Shown here piece by piece: positions 62,931-64,000 of a stretch of 64,000 nt of DNA. The notes under the pieces are model-generated. The model ran no database searches and was not told the origin of the DNA. It was given only the letters and a program-made list of their open reading frames with translations. Source of the DNA: the human T2T-CHM13v2.0 reference genome, Homo sapiens; assembly GCF_009914755.1 (NCBI RefSeq), contig NC_060946.1; one strand, written 5' to 3'. Each line of letters begins with the position of its first letter. The stretch's first letter is position 1. Position numbers and translations under genes: made by a program.

Positions 62931-63201
62931 ACTTAATAAACTTGAAATTAACACCCACCTTGCCGCCAAAAAAGTAACTGGGGAAAACACCCACTGAAGG
63001 GACTAAAAGTCTAGAGTAAGAAAGGTGATTTTCCCAGGTTATCGAAGCTCTGAGTCAAAACTCAAGTCTTCTGCGTCACTCATTGGATGGCACTTCTTTA
63101 ACAAAATGTTTCCCTTCTTTCAACAGTTAACACACTGCAAAACATCCCCCTATCATCTCAGCAAAGAAAATACAACACTCTATTGTATGTATACAACGTA
63201 C

Positions 63202-64000
63202 TGTGATTTAGAGTAAGAAATACATATTTTAGTCTTCATCCCTGATTCCTGGCACAGACCTCCTAAAACCCGTGTAAATTCCTGAGCAATTAGGGGTGCT
63301 AGGAGCATCTTTTCTTCTAATATTTGGTTTTTGATCCTGGTTCCTGACATGGAGCTCCTAAACCCTTGGAATTTCCTGGATAGGAGCACTTTTTGTTCTA
63401 AGGCTACTCTTGGTGGTTCCTGGATGGGGGCTGGGCACCAGAGAGACGAAGCTGTGATTAGCAGCTTGGAACTGTTAGCTCTACCCACCCCACTCCAGGA
63501 AGGACAGAGGGGGTGAAGATTGAGTTAATAATTGATTATGCCTACATGATGAAGCCTCCAAAAAATCCGTGAACTACTGGATTCAGAGGGCTTCTGGACT
63601 GCTGAGTAGATGAAGGTGCCTCAGGGGTGGTGCCCCTGGAGAGAGCATGGACGCTCCATGCCCCTGCCCACACATCTGGCCCTATGTTTCTTTCATGTGG
63701 CTGTTCATCTGCATCCTTTATAATGGGTAAACACAAGTGAAGTGTTTCCGTGAATTCTGTGAGCCATGTTAAACATTAATCAAACCCAAGGAAGCGGTCT
63801 TGGGAACCCCAGTTTATAGTTGATCACTCAGAAACACAGGTCATAACACAGGGCTTGAGATTGGTATATGAAGTGGGGAGCGGTCTTGTGGGACTGAGCC
63901 CTTAACCTGTAGGGGCTGCACTAACTCTGCTTAGTATCAGAACCAAGCTAAACTATAGGACACCCAGTTGGTGTCCAATGGTGAATTACCTGTGTGATGC
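63202..64000 (+). mobile_element. MER21-group LTR
   Basis: tcctggcacagacctcctaaaaccc...cttgtgggactgagcccttaacctgt...aggacacccagttggtgtc. Confidence 0.65.

Overview
Human genomic DNA, recognisably the chr22q13.2 CYP2D cluster. All the main genes lie on the minus strand. CYP2D6 is intact, with nine exons (CDS 12065-16282, 497 aa) and a *2-type haplotype (C296, T486, CYP2D7-like intron 1 tract, -1584G). CYP2D7 (25777-29953) carries the exon 1 +T frameshift. CYP2D8P (35366-40499) has two nonsense codons and a lost splice donor. The last exons and 3'UTR of TCF20 lie at about 45500-55400. CYP2D6 and CYP2D7 are each followed by a near-identical 2.7-2.8 kb repeat (REP6 and REP7), and CYP2D7 also has a 1560-bp solo LTR12 spacer. 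The rest is Alu, L1, ERV and DNA-transposon sequence plus a DNPH1 processed pseudogene and a 5S rRNA pseudogene fused to an Alu. The most unexpected signal is a plus-strand five-exon cassette inside both REP6 and REP7. It has canonical splice sites, joins in frame into a ~117-aa ORF I do not recognise, and ends in a stop codon and AATAAA. All identifications are by eye and from memory of the families; no searches were run.
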